Positions 19,501 to 29,106 of a stretch of DNA of 30,112 bases are shown piece after piece (the stretch's first letter is position 1; the number at the start of each line of letters is the position of its first letter). The stretch spans positions 1-30,112 of IMG/VR virus record IMGVR_UViG_3300007956_000009. The stretch is one strand, 5' to 3'. The translations under genes and the position numbers were made by a program. This DNA is from a virus. Taxonomy: Duplodnaviria; Caudoviricetes. The notes beneath the pieces were generated by a model. That model was not told the origin of the DNA. It saw only the letters and a program-made list of their open reading frames with translations, and made no database searches.

Positions 19501-22500
19501 TGTTATTATAAGTATTCGGTTCAAAATCATAGAAAGTAAGAGTCTTTGCTACGTCTCTACCATACATCAAAATAATATTAACATCCTGTGCGGTTCTATT
19601 ACCAGCACTATTTTCCGAGAACCTAAGTGGTTTGGTGAATGTAATGTTGGGACCTACAATAGTATAAGATTCAGTATCTCTCTGTAAAACGCCATCGATG
19701 AATACTAGAGCATACTTAGGATCATCAATCTTTCTTACAGAATTAGTTACTTCGTCTTGAATTAGATATGGTCCACTAAGTCTGTATTCAAACAAGCTAG
19801 TATTGATATTGAAACGTTCGTAACTACCAACACTGTAGATAAAACACTTTTCGTAGTTCTTTAAAATTTCTGGAAGTTCTTCGGGAGGACCATAAAGATC
19901 TTCGTTATCAATAGGGGGTTTTGTAAAACTAATGATGTCTGCTATGGTAGCATCTTCATTTCTAATAATATAATATGAATTACCGAATGGTTCTTTTTCT
20001 GTGGTTCTTGATTTTTGGATAACGCCATTCAACCCAACGATTAGATTCTCGTAAGGATCTGTTTTAACAATGGTTCCATCTTCCCAAGTTAGAGAGAAAT
20101 CAGTTTTAACTCCGTCAAATTCATCAGCAATAGACTTAACCTTCTTGAAATATCTGTTATTAAAGGAAGATTTCTTAAATCTGATTGCTCTGCCATAGAA
20201 CTTAACAGAATCTGTTAGTTGACCCTCGGTGATTCTTTCCCCGAGTGGTGGTTCGGCAAATGTGATTGTATTACCACTGATAGTATATGCTACGCCTGGT
20301 TCTTGGAAAATACCATCTAACGTACAAATTAGTTGCTCGTTTTTGGTAAGTTGTAGTGCCAAACCATTTTTATTATCAATTAAAGTAAATACAGCGTTGC
20401 CAACTAGATTACCAGTAGACTCGTCAAACTTGCCGTCGAAGGCAGGAGAAAGACTTACGTTGTAAGTTACAGTTTCAGTAGCATCAAACGTATCGATAGA
20501 AATAGATCCACGACCGTCTTCTACTTTAAGTTGTTCTAGTTTTTGCTGAATAACAGTAACAAATTTAGATGATGATATAGAAACAATTTGTACAGGTGGC
20601 AATTCAATAGTGCTTACATAATTAAGATCTGGTTGAGCAACAGGCATCGGTGATGCTGCGGTACTCTCTACAACCATCTCCCCAAACATCTGGAAACCAG
20701 CTGGGTGGGTAGTTCTCTTAATTAGATTACGCCATTCATTAATAGAAGTTTTTGATCTAATTACATAAGAATAATCTTGATAGAAATAAGAATCTTGTAA
20801 ACGTTGATTAGCGTTACTTAGTTTACCTCTATCAGAAGAGAAGAAACCAAAATTGTCTACATACGATCTTATATCGGGTTCAAAATCTGTACAATATTGT
20901 GTATAGAGTGTAGCGGTTCTATTGCCAACAGCAGATTCAATTTGAGAACCAGTGTCAAAAACTCCAGTGATACCAATGACTTTTAGGAGATTACTTCCTT
21001 CTCGATAACCATTATTAGCAACAATAGCAGTAGCATTTGTGGTGTTTTGTTTGATCTTCTCTCCAGAGAAAAATGTGCCACTAATATTTCTAAGTACGAA
21101 TGTAGTTGGGGACTTATAAGATCCTAATTGAGATTTATCACTATTAAATCCACGACCAGGATTGTTAATTTTAATATTTTGTGGAATACCGATGTTTGTA
21201 GACTCTAGATAGATCTTTACATCAGATTCGATAATTTTTGCTGTAGGTTTGTAGGTAAATCCACTACCTTCTTTTAATATAGTAACTTGAGTAAGTTTTC
21301 CATTAAACTGCTCACATTCATACTGATATCTCTCTCCATCAGTATCTGTCAAAATAATAGTAGGTTGGGAGTAGTTGACACCTCCATCAATAATCGAGAA
21401 TCCAGTAACTACTTGTCTAACGGGATCCCAAATAGGATCTACAGAAGCTTCATTTACTCCTGAAGGAACTACACCTGTGACGATTGGGATATTGTTATAC
21501 CCTTGACCAGTGTTAACAACATTGACCGAATGAATGCTGCCGATAGCAAGTCTAGAACTGGTAATATACGAAATTGTACCACTACCATCATATGCTGGAA
21601 TACTATTTAATTGATATACAAACTTTTTATCAGTATTATAAACAACTTTTTTCAATCCCGCCAAAGGATCGTCAATAATTCTTAGATATGAACCACCAGT
21701 ATCAACATCTGGCGATACTTTAATAAAGTAGAAATAATTTTGAAAATTGATAGATCTTCTTTCTTGATAGGTATTTGTGTAGATAGCAGGACCAAATCCT
21801 AACTTAATACAAACAAACGAACCAGCATTGCCAGGAGCAATACCACTAGTCTCTTTTTCTTCTGTAAAAATATTATAATTGGCACTAGAAGAAAAATCTA
21901 GGAATGTGTCCGCCATAGAGAAGTGACTAACATCAAACTTGTACTTGTAATACTTTTGAATATCTAGAACTGGATTAATATTAAAGTTCGTATTATCTGT
22001 GGAAAACTCTAATTTAAACGATTCCTCATCTACGGTACTAAACAAAACTAGTTTTTGTGGAATACTACTATCAAAGAAAGAAGAACTATTAGATAAAACT
22101 TGAGGTTGATTAGAATTATAATCATACGATACATCCACAACATGTGTAGTTGAATCGTATTTAATTAAGAAAGGTTTTGCTATGTCAGCACCAAAAGGTC
22201 TAAATCCATCAGTAAATCTATAGAAAGCATCTTTTAATGTTACACTAGCATCATTATAGTGATTGGTTGGTGTTGTGTTCTGTCTACCCCTTTCAACAGT
22301 AACTTTCTTAGTAACTGTGTCAACAGCAGTAACTTTTAGAATTTCTGGACCAATTTCCAAGAAATCTTCTTGAGATATGTTAGTAACATTAGTTAGTGTG
22401 AGTATAGTGTTGTTGGAAGCAAAACCAACATGAGCAACTTCTAGCACCAGTCTTTGTGGAGACTCTTCATTAACACTTCTGTTAAGGTCGGCATCGGCAA

Positions 22501-25500
22501 CAGTTAGAATATCACCTTTCTTATATCCGATACCTTTAGTAGTAAACACCACTGTTGCAACACCACCAGAACCCAAACCTTGTGTATTTGATACATCAAA
22601 AGTTGCTTTAGCATTGCCCGAGTCTCCAGGCAATCCAATATTAGTTCTTGCTTGAGAAGAATCACGAAAAATTAACTCAATATCATAATACATACCAGTA
22701 GCATATCCAAAACCACTGTTAAGAACGTCATAACTACCAATACCCTCATCTACGATAGTTGAGTTGTGGGATGGTTGTAAAGCACTGGCAGTTTGATATA
22801 AACGTTTTCTTACATAGTAAGTTGTTTCCGTAGTGATATCATTAGGAAGAATATCTACTGTTACCTGATCGCCTTTACCTAAATTATGATTTTCTACTGT
22901 TGTAGCAATAGCAATATTTTCATTGACAACAAATGGTTGTAAGTCGGTACTCAACGAGGAGACTGATACAATCTCAACACGGTTACTATCACTAAGATTT
23001 GAACTTCTTAGGTAGTAATCAGAAGTTACAAAGAAATTATCATTACCAGAAACTCTAATCTTTACTGAGTTCTGCCTTCGGGTAGTTTCTAGGATAGTTC
23101 CTGTTGCTTGATCTTCATTATCATTATTGGTCAACCTCATTGTCGAACCAGCAGTAAAGTTGGCATCGGAGTTCAAAACCAATGTTACTACTAAAGTTTC
23201 TGAGTCAATAGTATTGTCTAGGTTAAATGTACCACCTACATTTCTAAGAACCATCTCATTATCATTGAATACGTCACCGATTAATTTGCCAAAAGCAAAA
23301 ACTGTGCCATCAGCACCTGTTTGACTAATTTCATCTCCTTCAAACAAGTAAGCATTTTCTTGAATTTTAATTTGAGTAGCTTTAGTCTCAGTTGATTCAA
23401 TAGAAGTTACATCTTGACCAGTAACTTGCTCCACAACCACAACACTACCTTTACCGTCAGTTGCTTTGTTATCAATATAGACATTATTACCTGGAGAGAA
23501 ATTAACAGTGGAATCCTCAACATATCCAGAGGAGACATTACCAGATTTAACGTCTAGTAAAGATCCAGAGAACCCAGATCCATTTCTTTCAGTCAAAGTT
23601 GTTCTATATGCTCGAAGACCTACTGGGATGTCATCTTGTGAAATATTTGAATTATAATTGGAGTCTACAGGTAGAGAATAGAAATTAACTCCCAGAATAT
23701 ATGGAAATTGGGGAACTTCGGTAGCATCAACAGTAATAAAATAAGCATATGTACCGTTAGGATACTCTGGAGTTATACAGAATCTACCATTGTTCTGATC
23801 TAGTTCTGTTTTACCTGAATTTACACTAGGAACCCAGCGATAGTCATCAATAAATGATCCAAGAGGATACTTACCAGTATCAGGACCATTAGATCTAGAT
23901 CCATTAAGAACATATCCTGAAACAAGTTTTGTAATGGCACTTCCTGTATTATATGGATCAGCATAACCTAGAGGACCGTAAATTGGGTTGCCATCATAAG
24001 CATATCCAATAATAGGTGAGTGGATAGTTTCATTTTGTACATTACTATTATAAAAATTGACATTAAGATATGCTTTCTTTCTAGCTTCAACTGGGTTAGC
24101 AATATAAGCGTATCCATAATCTCTTAGTGGATTGTAATTAGCAAGAACTGTACCATTGCTACTATCAAGATTGTCTTTAATCTGATTATACCTGTTAAAC
24201 ACCCAACGCTTGATTTTAGCATCAGCAGTAGCATTTTTACCAACAGCTTCTACAGAAACATCAGTATATCCTCTGGTATAGAACCTACCAACAGAAATTT
24301 TCTTAACTTCGCTAATACTGCCGTCAGAATTAAGAACAGTCTCGAACTCAGCAAAGTTTCCTTTACCGAGGGTATCGACAATACGTATGGTTGGAGGAGA
24401 AGAGTAATATCTACCAGCATTAACAATATTCATGCTAGTGATAGCACCAGCCGTAATAACAGGTTCTAGAACAGCATTTTCACCAGATGTGATTCTAATA
24501 ATAGGATCTTCACTAAAAGTTTCGGTAGTAAGGATCTCAATATCACCTACAATACTACCATTAAGTGTACACCTTGCCTTGTTAGTCATTTCATTGACAA
24601 GAACAAAGGGGGCATTAACATACGAAAAACCTCTAGAGGTTATTTCGGTTGATTCGATAGCACCTTTCTTAACAAACTCATCCGACTTGTATCCAAGAGC
24701 AGGTACACCATTGATAAAAATACCAACATCTCTATTAGGAGTTTCGTAAACCTCTGTGGTGGTAATGGGGTTCTTACGAATTAGTTTTAAATGTTTTTGA
24801 TCTAGTAAATTTACTCCATAAGCAGTATCTACTAGAATATTGTTAGAAGGATATGAAGATGAGCAAATATAGAAATACTGATCGTCTTCAAACACTGCTC
24901 CTACATCAGCAACGAAAGGTTTCTGTACCCCTTTAATTTGATTGAAGTCATTAGCGGGATCTTCATTGATACTCCACCTAATTCTGTTATAAACGTCATC
25001 ATAAACGATAGGATTGTTAGTTTCAAACCCAGCATCGCCAACTTGTACCAAATCGCCACTAGATGAGTATGGAGATGTATATGAAGGTAGAATATTATAA
25101 AGAATACCTAGGGTTGTAAATTTTACACCATTACTATTGATCGTAGAATAACGATATACAGATTTACCAGCATTATGGTTTCTAATAGGACCAATACGTT
25201 GATCAATGATAAATTGATTAACAGTTTTATCTTTATAAGTGATAACTTCATCACCAACTATAATTTTACCCGTCTTGGGAAATCCCATAGTAGACTTTAC
25301 TGTAATAGTATCGTCTGTACTAGAAGCAGCAGGTAGAATGACCGTCGTGCTAGTTCTTCCTGATACTTGGAACTGACCATTTACAGTAGATGGTTCTAGA
25401 ATGACTTCATATAGGTCTTCTTGTCCATCACTACCGATAGAAATTATATTATCGACAACTGCCTGAGCAAACTCAATTCCTCTGTCATAACCATCAATCT

Positions 25501-26287
25501 CTTGGGTTACACGCTGCCCGATTAGACTAAAGATGTCTCCACTATTGACTTTTACCTTGAGAGAATAGTTTTTAGTCCAATCGGAAACCGAGGACTTCAG
25601 TGTAAAGTTTTTTGGATTGATAACCTCAGGTACATCCTGGGGATCATCAGTAATAATAGCATTAAATAGAAACTTGATTGACTTATCAGTACCCTTCGCT
25701 TTGTAGAACGAAGTAATGTTCTTGATTAGTGATCTCTTGTCAACATCCTCTTTGAGATATGCCTCTGGAAACTCTGCCAGGTAGGTCTTCTCAAACTCTT
25801 TTACTAGAGCATACAAAAATAGGTTACTGATGTTTCGTACAACATCTCCCTGGTAATGAGATGCAGCAGAAGTTGTAACAAACGTTGATTTGTTGTATAG
25901 GTCTCCTAGAGTGGTATTACCACTTACGCCTCTAGAGACTTCTGAGAATACATTACCATTTCTGGATTGGTAAAATAGAATCTCATCACCAATCTGGACA
26001 TAACCGTCCTGTTCGGGGAAAGAATCTCCATTTACCAATTCAAACGAAGTAATATCAGCAGTAATAGAAGATACTAACGTAGATTGCTGCTGAAGAAGAT
26101 TTTTTTCATAGAAATTGATATCTCTATACTTGTCAAAGTTAGAAATGATATCAAGTGGTTGGCCAGCAGATTCCTGCTGCTCGTAGTACTTTTCTACGAA
26201 CTTAGAGAAATTTTCGTATTCGTATTGGATAAACCCTGGGAGTTGAGACTCAATCAGGGACGATAATCTTCTCTTCTTGGCAGCCAT
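16589..26287 (-). CDS. gp7: Baseplate wedge initiator gp7-like protein (3232 aa)
   Basis: N-terminal IESQLP.FI, LIKNI..FY.AKGT.KS.KFLF, and LQDS.FYQD(Y/F)SY.I.S.....W...I....HPAGF..FG motifs. Located between gp6 and gp8. Confidence 0.9.
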   Translation of the reverse strand: MAAKKRRLSSLIESQLPGFIQYEYENFSKFVEKYYEQQESAGQPLDIISNFDKYRDINFYEKNLLQQQSTLVSSITADITSFELVNGDSFPEQDGYVQIGDEILFYQSRNGNVFSEVSRGVSGNTTLGDLYNKSTFVTTSAASHYQGDVVRNISNLFLYALVKEFEKTYLAEFPEAYLKEDVDKRSLIKNITSFYKAKGTDKSIKFLFNAIITDDPQDVPEVINPKNFTLKSSVSDWTKNYSLKVKVNSGDIFSLIGQRVTQEIDGYDRGIEFAQAVVDNIISIGSDGQEDLYEVILEPSTVNGQFQVSGRTSTTVILPAASSTDDTITVKSTMGFPKTGKIIVGDEVITYKDKTVNQFIIDQRIGPIRNHNAGKSVYRYSTINSNGVKFTTLGILYNILPSYTSPYSSSGDLVQVGDAGFETNNPIVYDDVYNRIRWSINEDPANDFNQIKGVQKPFVADVGAVFEDDQYFYICSSSYPSNNILVDTAYGVNLLDQKHLKLIRKNPITTTEVYETPNRDVGIFINGVPALGYKSDEFVKKGAIESTEITSRGFSYVNAPFVLVNEMTNKARCTLNGSIVGDIEILTTETFSEDPIIRITSGENAVLEPVITAGAITSMNIVNAGRYYSSPPTIRIVDTLGKGNFAEFETVLNSDGSISEVKKISVGRFYTRGYTDVSVEAVGKNATADAKIKRWVFNRYNQIKDNLDSSNGTVLANYNPLRDYGYAYIANPVEARKKAYLNVNFYNSNVQNETIHSPIIGYAYDGNPIYGPLGYADPYNTGSAITKLVSGYVLNGSRSNGPDTGKYPLGSFIDDYRWVPSVNSGKTELDQNNGRFCITPEYPNGTYAYFITVDATEVPQFPYILGVNFYSLPVDSNYNSNISQDDIPVGLRAYRTTLTERNGSGFSGSLLDVKSGNVSSGYVEDSTVNFSPGNNVYIDNKATDGKGSVVVVEQVTGQDVTSIESTETKATQIKIQENAYLFEGDEISQTGADGTVFAFGKLIGDVFNDNEMVLRNVGGTFNLDNTIDSETLVVTLVLNSDANFTAGSTMRLTNNDNEDQATGTILETTRRQNSVKIRVSGNDNFFVTSDYYLRSSNLSDSNRVEIVSVSSLSTDLQPFVVNENIAIATTVENHNLGKGDQVTVDILPNDITTETTYYVRKRLYQTASALQPSHNSTIVDEGIGSYDVLNSGFGYATGMYYDIELIFRDSSQARTNIGLPGDSGNAKATFDVSNTQGLGSGGVATVVFTTKGIGYKKGDILTVADADLNRSVNEESPQRLVLEVAHVGFASNNTILTLTNVTNISQEDFLEIGPEILKVTAVDTVTKKVTVERGRQNTTPTNHYNDASVTLKDAFYRFTDGFRPFGADIAKPFLIKYDSTTHVVDVSYDYNSNQPQVLSNSSSFFDSSIPQKLVLFSTVDEESFKLEFSTDNTNFNINPVLDIQKYYKYKFDVSHFSMADTFLDFSSSANYNIFTEEKETSGIAPGNAGSFVCIKLGFGPAIYTNTYQERRSINFQNYFYFIKVSPDVDTGGSYLRIIDDPLAGLKKVVYNTDKKFVYQLNSIPAYDGSGTISYITSSRLAIGSIHSVNVVNTGQGYNNIPIVTGVVPSGVNEASVDPIWDPVRQVVTGFSIIDGGVNYSQPTIILTDTDGERYQYECEQFNGKLTQVTILKEGSGFTYKPTAKIIESDVKIYLESTNIGIPQNIKINNPGRGFNSDKSQLGSYKSPTTFVLRNISGTFFSGEKIKQNTTNATAIVANNGYREGSNLLKVIGITGVFDTGSQIESAVGNRTATLYTQYCTDFEPDIRSYVDNFGFFSSDRGKLSNANQRLQDSYFYQDYSYVIRSKTSINEWRNLIKRTTHPAGFQMFGEMVVESTAASPMPVAQPDLNYVSTIELPPVQIVSISSSKFVTVIQQKLEQLKVEDGRGSISIDTFDATETVTYNVSLSPAFDGKFDESTGNLVGNAVFTLIDNKNGLALQLTKNEQLICTLDGIFQEPGVAYTISGNTITFAEPPLGERITEGQLTDSVKFYGRAIRFKKSSFNNRYFKKVKSIADEFDGVKTDFSLTWEDGTIVKTDPYENLIVGLNGVIQKSRTTEKEPFGNSYYIIRNEDATIADIISFTKPPIDNEDLYGPPEELPEILKNYEKCFIYSVGSYERFNINTSLFEYRLSGPYLIQDEVTNSVRKIDDPKYALVFIDGVLQRDTESYTIVGPNITFTKPLRFSENSAGNRTAQDVNIILMYGRDVAKTLTFYDFEPNTYNNTIFLSLDGVGVSATVKGDLDKYAGQDLHIKQGTTILGKVQNVNTVSADQVILTLKSPNNVSVDENTSISVCPESFGYSSYVVSGTYTVSATFKIDDEGLRVLEKDVPSWLYGVEGGNKAWNNKNSMFANLLPGDKILIDGESEYREIVRTPDTVYTKSFVDDYYISNEHYAKVQATNYEGDTEGEGLSVTANINQFGAITTLNVSDVEFNQRDLSLFFDEGILLQPTAYEYFTTPEVHFIPVDGNGGGAKAEIIAYGGQILDVILTNPGSGYTQPPRVVVARRYKRIKELNRKVDSLTELRIQTEIDSVFTLLGNTEIRIEGGPFNGSSINSIISLGGFSAELNTNRQVTSGINTLEGEERQVLMTSEKFPTEAAVQSPAVTLPAIQYGFDPILTQVIGGVIGFEAVATLETVTTEEINKIIQIKANKGFIPKPFPSYGGLGTFVDAPVTDTSAIVYAANTTGFPDTPSRILIAGEYIYYRRKEKDRFLDVIRGFQGSTPAAHTPGELILSQPEFTVLLSGGINVILSEGSVAQSSTTQLEKTAQIQSISEVIDTFTNTNEIKQIVDLEDVVDLVGVVHQQITIIPPVSYNIVTEVHSTQSKVSKESAGISGAFGVVGEVLIAGPELTEIQLTQEQQIELDTTSQITSVSIGSVAATAASTSQVVTSSYEKTIVTNEVQFDVLNTVTGVSTQIVENPQTRIDTLSSNIVTFTNLDVTRVAVKELNSIADPFVMHHRSTKIVSSVQDIDTISTRVSLVLGGLFDSLSGGTEIDYRSAIVDYIIEEYVLETFINQRNGNVVQLLDPYNEVILRNGGTFLVENRDQGQPPGFEDYSLGNVGLTLGSFQDNALIDTGISSGLTLQDVHSIYPSMSIRDFDFRHDSALLGNGVRFNMGIPSIQQPVTISNFTGTVSGSLAVQNTTYFSDFGHVLTEDGSVISYTSKTATTLEGCTVIRGTDLISVNDEIIPFSIV

Positions 26288-26293
26288 CTAATC

Positions 26294-28099
26294 TTACTCT
26301 GGGTATACCGTGAATTTACTCTGTGTTACATCAACATCAAGGAAAAGTTCCCTAGAAGCATTGATGTCATTGGACTTTGGTTTAACTCGAATTTGAATTC
26401 GGTTGTCACTAAAACTACCTTTAATGATAGTTACGTCATATAATTTGACTTCTCCCTTAACGTAATCAACGGTCCCAATAGAATCGTTTAATGTAATTTT
26501 TTCACTAGTCAAACTGTCTACTCTATATAGGGCGATTACACCATCCCTATCTTCAAAATACACTGTGTATGAAGGGAATTCAGTGACTTTGAATCCTGAT
26601 GACACTAGAGATGGTCCGTCACAATCCTGATAGAATTCGTTCTGGAAACAAACCTCGTAAAATGTAGTAGAATTGATCTGAGGGAAGAAATCTTTCCTCA
26701 ACGTAATCTCAGTTTTGTTTGAGGCAATAGCACGATCAGAATTGTCAATTGTAGATACAAACTTACTAAATCTAAATTTACCGTTAAATTTCTCGACATC
26801 TGACTGTGCTAGGTAACTATTAATACCAGAAATGACTTTGTTCTTAATATCTTCTGGTTTTTGGGTAGTTATAGCAGTGCTGTAGTAAACTGAAGTATTT
26901 GCTTCAATATACAAAATAGATGGGTCAATAATCTCTGGAATGACAGAAGCAACCATATACCTCTTCATCTGATCCACAATTTGCTTCTTAGTGGTAGATG
27001 ATAAGAAACTTGCTTGCTCTGGTTTGACAACAATCTTTACTTTACCATACTCTGGGGGATCATCTTCCTCGCCACCAAATATAATAATGTCTGAAATAGC
27101 AGGATAGATCTTTCTAACAATACTAGAGTAGTCTGTAGCAGTGACAGCACGGTCCTGGGTGCTAAAGAACTTCGGAGCGTTGTATTTGATCTTACTGAGT
27201 GATTCAATATCAGCACCGCCGTTCGCTGCTACTGTAGACGCTGAATCGACAGCAATGTTATAGACATACCCAATATTGCTAAACTTGTCGGTAACAACAC
27301 CATTAAAAGTAAAACTTTTCGCTCCGTTAGTTTCTGGTCCATTAGTTACAAGATACGAAACTTCAATTTTATTACCATTTTCGAGTTTTTTACCTAAAAC
27401 ACCATCACCGAAGAAGAGTTCGTAGCGTTCATCTTCGATTTCGTCTAGGAAGAATGAAGTTGACCTGTAGTCAACGTTTAAAATGTTCTCAGCGTAGTCG
27501 TAGGTCTCGTAGGAGGTCGATTGCTGACTTTCATATACTTTGACTCTCACTGAGGTCGTATCGACGCCTGGGTTCTGTATAATGAACCTCTGGGAAGGTA
27601 ACGACGTATTAACTACAAAGGTACTCGTAATCAGTGTTCCTTCGTAAATAAGAATATCATCAAAATAAGCAACACTGTTTTCCACAGGCACTGATTGATC
27701 TTCAATTGTTACATAAGAATACAATGTATCATTGAATACTGTTGTAAAGCCTGTACCTTTCTGTAATACAGCAACTTTTGGAGCAGTACCAGGATATGAC
27801 GCTGTAAATGACACCTCTGCCCCTGGAGCAACCTTTGACTTAGGTCTATATCCTAATTGCTTGGCAAGAGAAATAACGTTGTCCCTGAGCGTTGCTGAGT
27901 CCAGGAACATTTCATTCACCACCATGTTGGTGTTGAATGCTGTGTAGTAAGTATTGTAAGCAAGAATGTCCAATAGGACACTCATCGATGATCCTTCAAA
28001 ATCATACGACGTGAAATCAGTCTGTGCCCTCAAATATTCCTTAAGAGCAGTTTTAATGTCTTGGAAGTCTAAATTTGATACTTGTACGTATGACGCCAT
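26294..28099 (-). CDS. gp6: Baseplate wedge subunit gp6 (601 aa)
   Basis: LDF.DIK..LK.YLR....F..YDFEGS....LLD.LAYNTYY.A.N.NM..NE.FLDSA.LR.NV.SLAK.LGY.P.S; FGDG.LGK; Q.RAVT..DY; PP.YGKV; G.VDY..G motifs. Confidence 0.95.
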   Translation of the reverse strand: MASYVQVSNLDFQDIKTALKEYLRAQTDFTSYDFEGSSMSVLLDILAYNTYYTAFNTNMVVNEMFLDSATLRDNVISLAKQLGYRPKSKVAPGAEVSFTASYPGTAPKVAVLQKGTGFTTVFNDTLYSYVTIEDQSVPVENSVAYFDDILIYEGTLITSTFVVNTSLPSQRFIIQNPGVDTTSVRVKVYESQQSTSYETYDYAENILNVDYRSTSFFLDEIEDERYELFFGDGVLGKKLENGNKIEVSYLVTNGPETNGAKSFTFNGVVTDKFSNIGYVYNIAVDSASTVAANGGADIESLSKIKYNAPKFFSTQDRAVTATDYSSIVRKIYPAISDIIIFGGEEDDPPEYGKVKIVVKPEQASFLSSTTKKQIVDQMKRYMVASVIPEIIDPSILYIEANTSVYYSTAITTQKPEDIKNKVISGINSYLAQSDVEKFNGKFRFSKFVSTIDNSDRAIASNKTEITLRKDFFPQINSTTFYEVCFQNEFYQDCDGPSLVSSGFKVTEFPSYTVYFEDRDGVIALYRVDSLTSEKITLNDSIGTVDYVKGEVKLYDVTIIKGSFSDNRIQIRVKPKSNDINASRELFLDVDVTQSKFTVYPE

Positions 28100-28101
28100 G
28101 G

Positions 28102-28494
28102 TTATCTACTGCTCTCTAAGAAGAATTCGATGTTGTTTTGTAGATCCGATCTTCCTCGAATCACATACTCTAATTCAATATCATAACCATTGTCTTCAAA
28201 GTTGGTGTCAACGTTCAAAGTTATAATTTCGACTCGACTCTCATAATTATCAATGACAGTGAAAATCTCGTCACGAATAATAGCTGCCGTACCAAAATCT
28301 AAAGGTTCAAACAATAAATCGCTTAAACCTGTACCCAAATCAGAATTAAACAGTCTTTCGCCCTTTCTTGTTAGTAAGAGACTCTTAATTGACTGTTTGA
28401 TGTCTGCACTATCCTTTACAACTTGTAGATCCTCAGTTACAGGGTGAGGTTTAAAGTTGAGGTTGAAATCCTTAAATATTTGGAATTCAGGCAT
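28102..28494 (-). CDS. gp25: Baseplate wedge subunit / sheath initiator gp25 (130 aa)
   Basis: FKD....F..HPVT.DL, IKQSIK.LLLT..GER.F....G..L..LLFEP, I..YE.RV: GPW/gp25 family. Directly upstream of gp6. Confidence 0.95.
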   Translation of the reverse strand: MPEFQIFKDFNLNFKPHPVTEDLQVVKDSADIKQSIKSLLLTRKGERLFNSDLGTGLSDLLFEPLDFGTAAIIRDEIFTVIDNYESRVEIITLNVDTNFEDNGYDIELEYVIRGRSDLQNNIEFFLESSR

Positions 28495-28512
28495 AAAGGC
28501 AGGTTTATTGAT

Positions 28513-28520
28513 TATTTATC
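28513..28520 (-). promoter_or_regulatory. Late promoter (GATAAATA) for gp25-gp6-gp7
   Basis: Intergenic plus-strand tatttatc, 18 nt upstream of ATG 28494. Confidence 0.75.
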
Positions 28521-28679
28521 TTACTTACCTACAAAACCATCCGCCCATTCTGCTTGGTTGTCAAACTCTTCCTTAACTCTTTTAACTTTGTTAAGATATT
28601 TGTCACTCGATTGCTGAGTGATGAGTGTCATTCCAGATTCTACGAATTCGTTGCTCTTGTCTGTTGGTGAATTTGCCAT
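28521..28679 (-). CDS. Small hypothetical protein (52 aa, MANSPTDKSNEFVESGMTLITQQSSDKYL...); start re-assigned from 28745
   Basis: ATG at 28679 is preceded by AAAGGA with a 6-nt spacer. The GMTLIT...D.YL motif is recalled from small ORFs upstream of cyanophage gp25. Confidence 0.7.
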   Translation of the reverse strand: MANSPTDKSNEFVESGMTLITQQSSDKYLNKVKRVKEEFDNQAEWADGFVGK

Positions 28680-29106
28680 TGATAATCCTTTGATACATTT
28701 CTTGGTGCCAGTAGTCATAATAATCGGTTTTATGTAACTTCTCACGTGCCTCTAGTAATTTATCATTTCTTTGACACATGATGATGTTATGTTTACCAAA
28801 ATTACTTTGAATACCCATAATATGTGTTGGGTCGTCTTTATGATCATCCAGAAACACATAATCTGGATGCTTCATATTAAGTTCAGCAACTTTGTTTAAC
28901 ATAGAAGCTAGAGTTACATTATCTTCTACAATAAAGATAATAATGTCCTCAGTCGCGCCTTCTATCAGAGTCACACGGTTCAGAGCACGTTCCTCTACAT
29001 GTACCGACGCCGAAAAAGCGTAAGGACATATGGCATTACCGCCCAGTTCCTCACGCTTCTTAGAGACATGCTCAATCCATTGCCTTACCTCACTTACCTT
29101 GTCCAC
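28603..29106 (-). CDS. Hypothetical protein, DUF1415-like (about 167 aa); start re-assigned to GTG 29106
   Basis: W(I/V)...L....ICPYA motif near the N-terminus, an internal DDH, and C-terminal YYDYW. The upstream 19 codons in the ORF track overlap the 48-aa gene in another frame. The family call is tentative. Confidence 0.65.
   Translation of the reverse strand: MDKVSEVRQWIEHVSKKREELGGNAICPYAFSASVHVEERALNRVTLIEGATEDIIIFIVEDNVTLASMLNKVAELNMKHPDYVFLDDHKDDPTHIMGIQSNFGKHNIIMCQRNDKLLEAREKLHKTDYYDYWHQEMYQRIINGKFTNRQEQRIRRIWNDTHHSAIE

Noticed and set aside
1495-26287. Inteins, introns, homing endonucleases or frameshifts explaining the very large genes
   Set aside because: Frames are uninterrupted and I saw no intein end motifs or LAGLIDADG/HNH/GIY-YIG signatures. 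Domain repeats account for the size.
28680-28745. N-terminal extension of the 74-aa ORF
   Set aside because: The RBS and recalled family motif favour ATG 28679.
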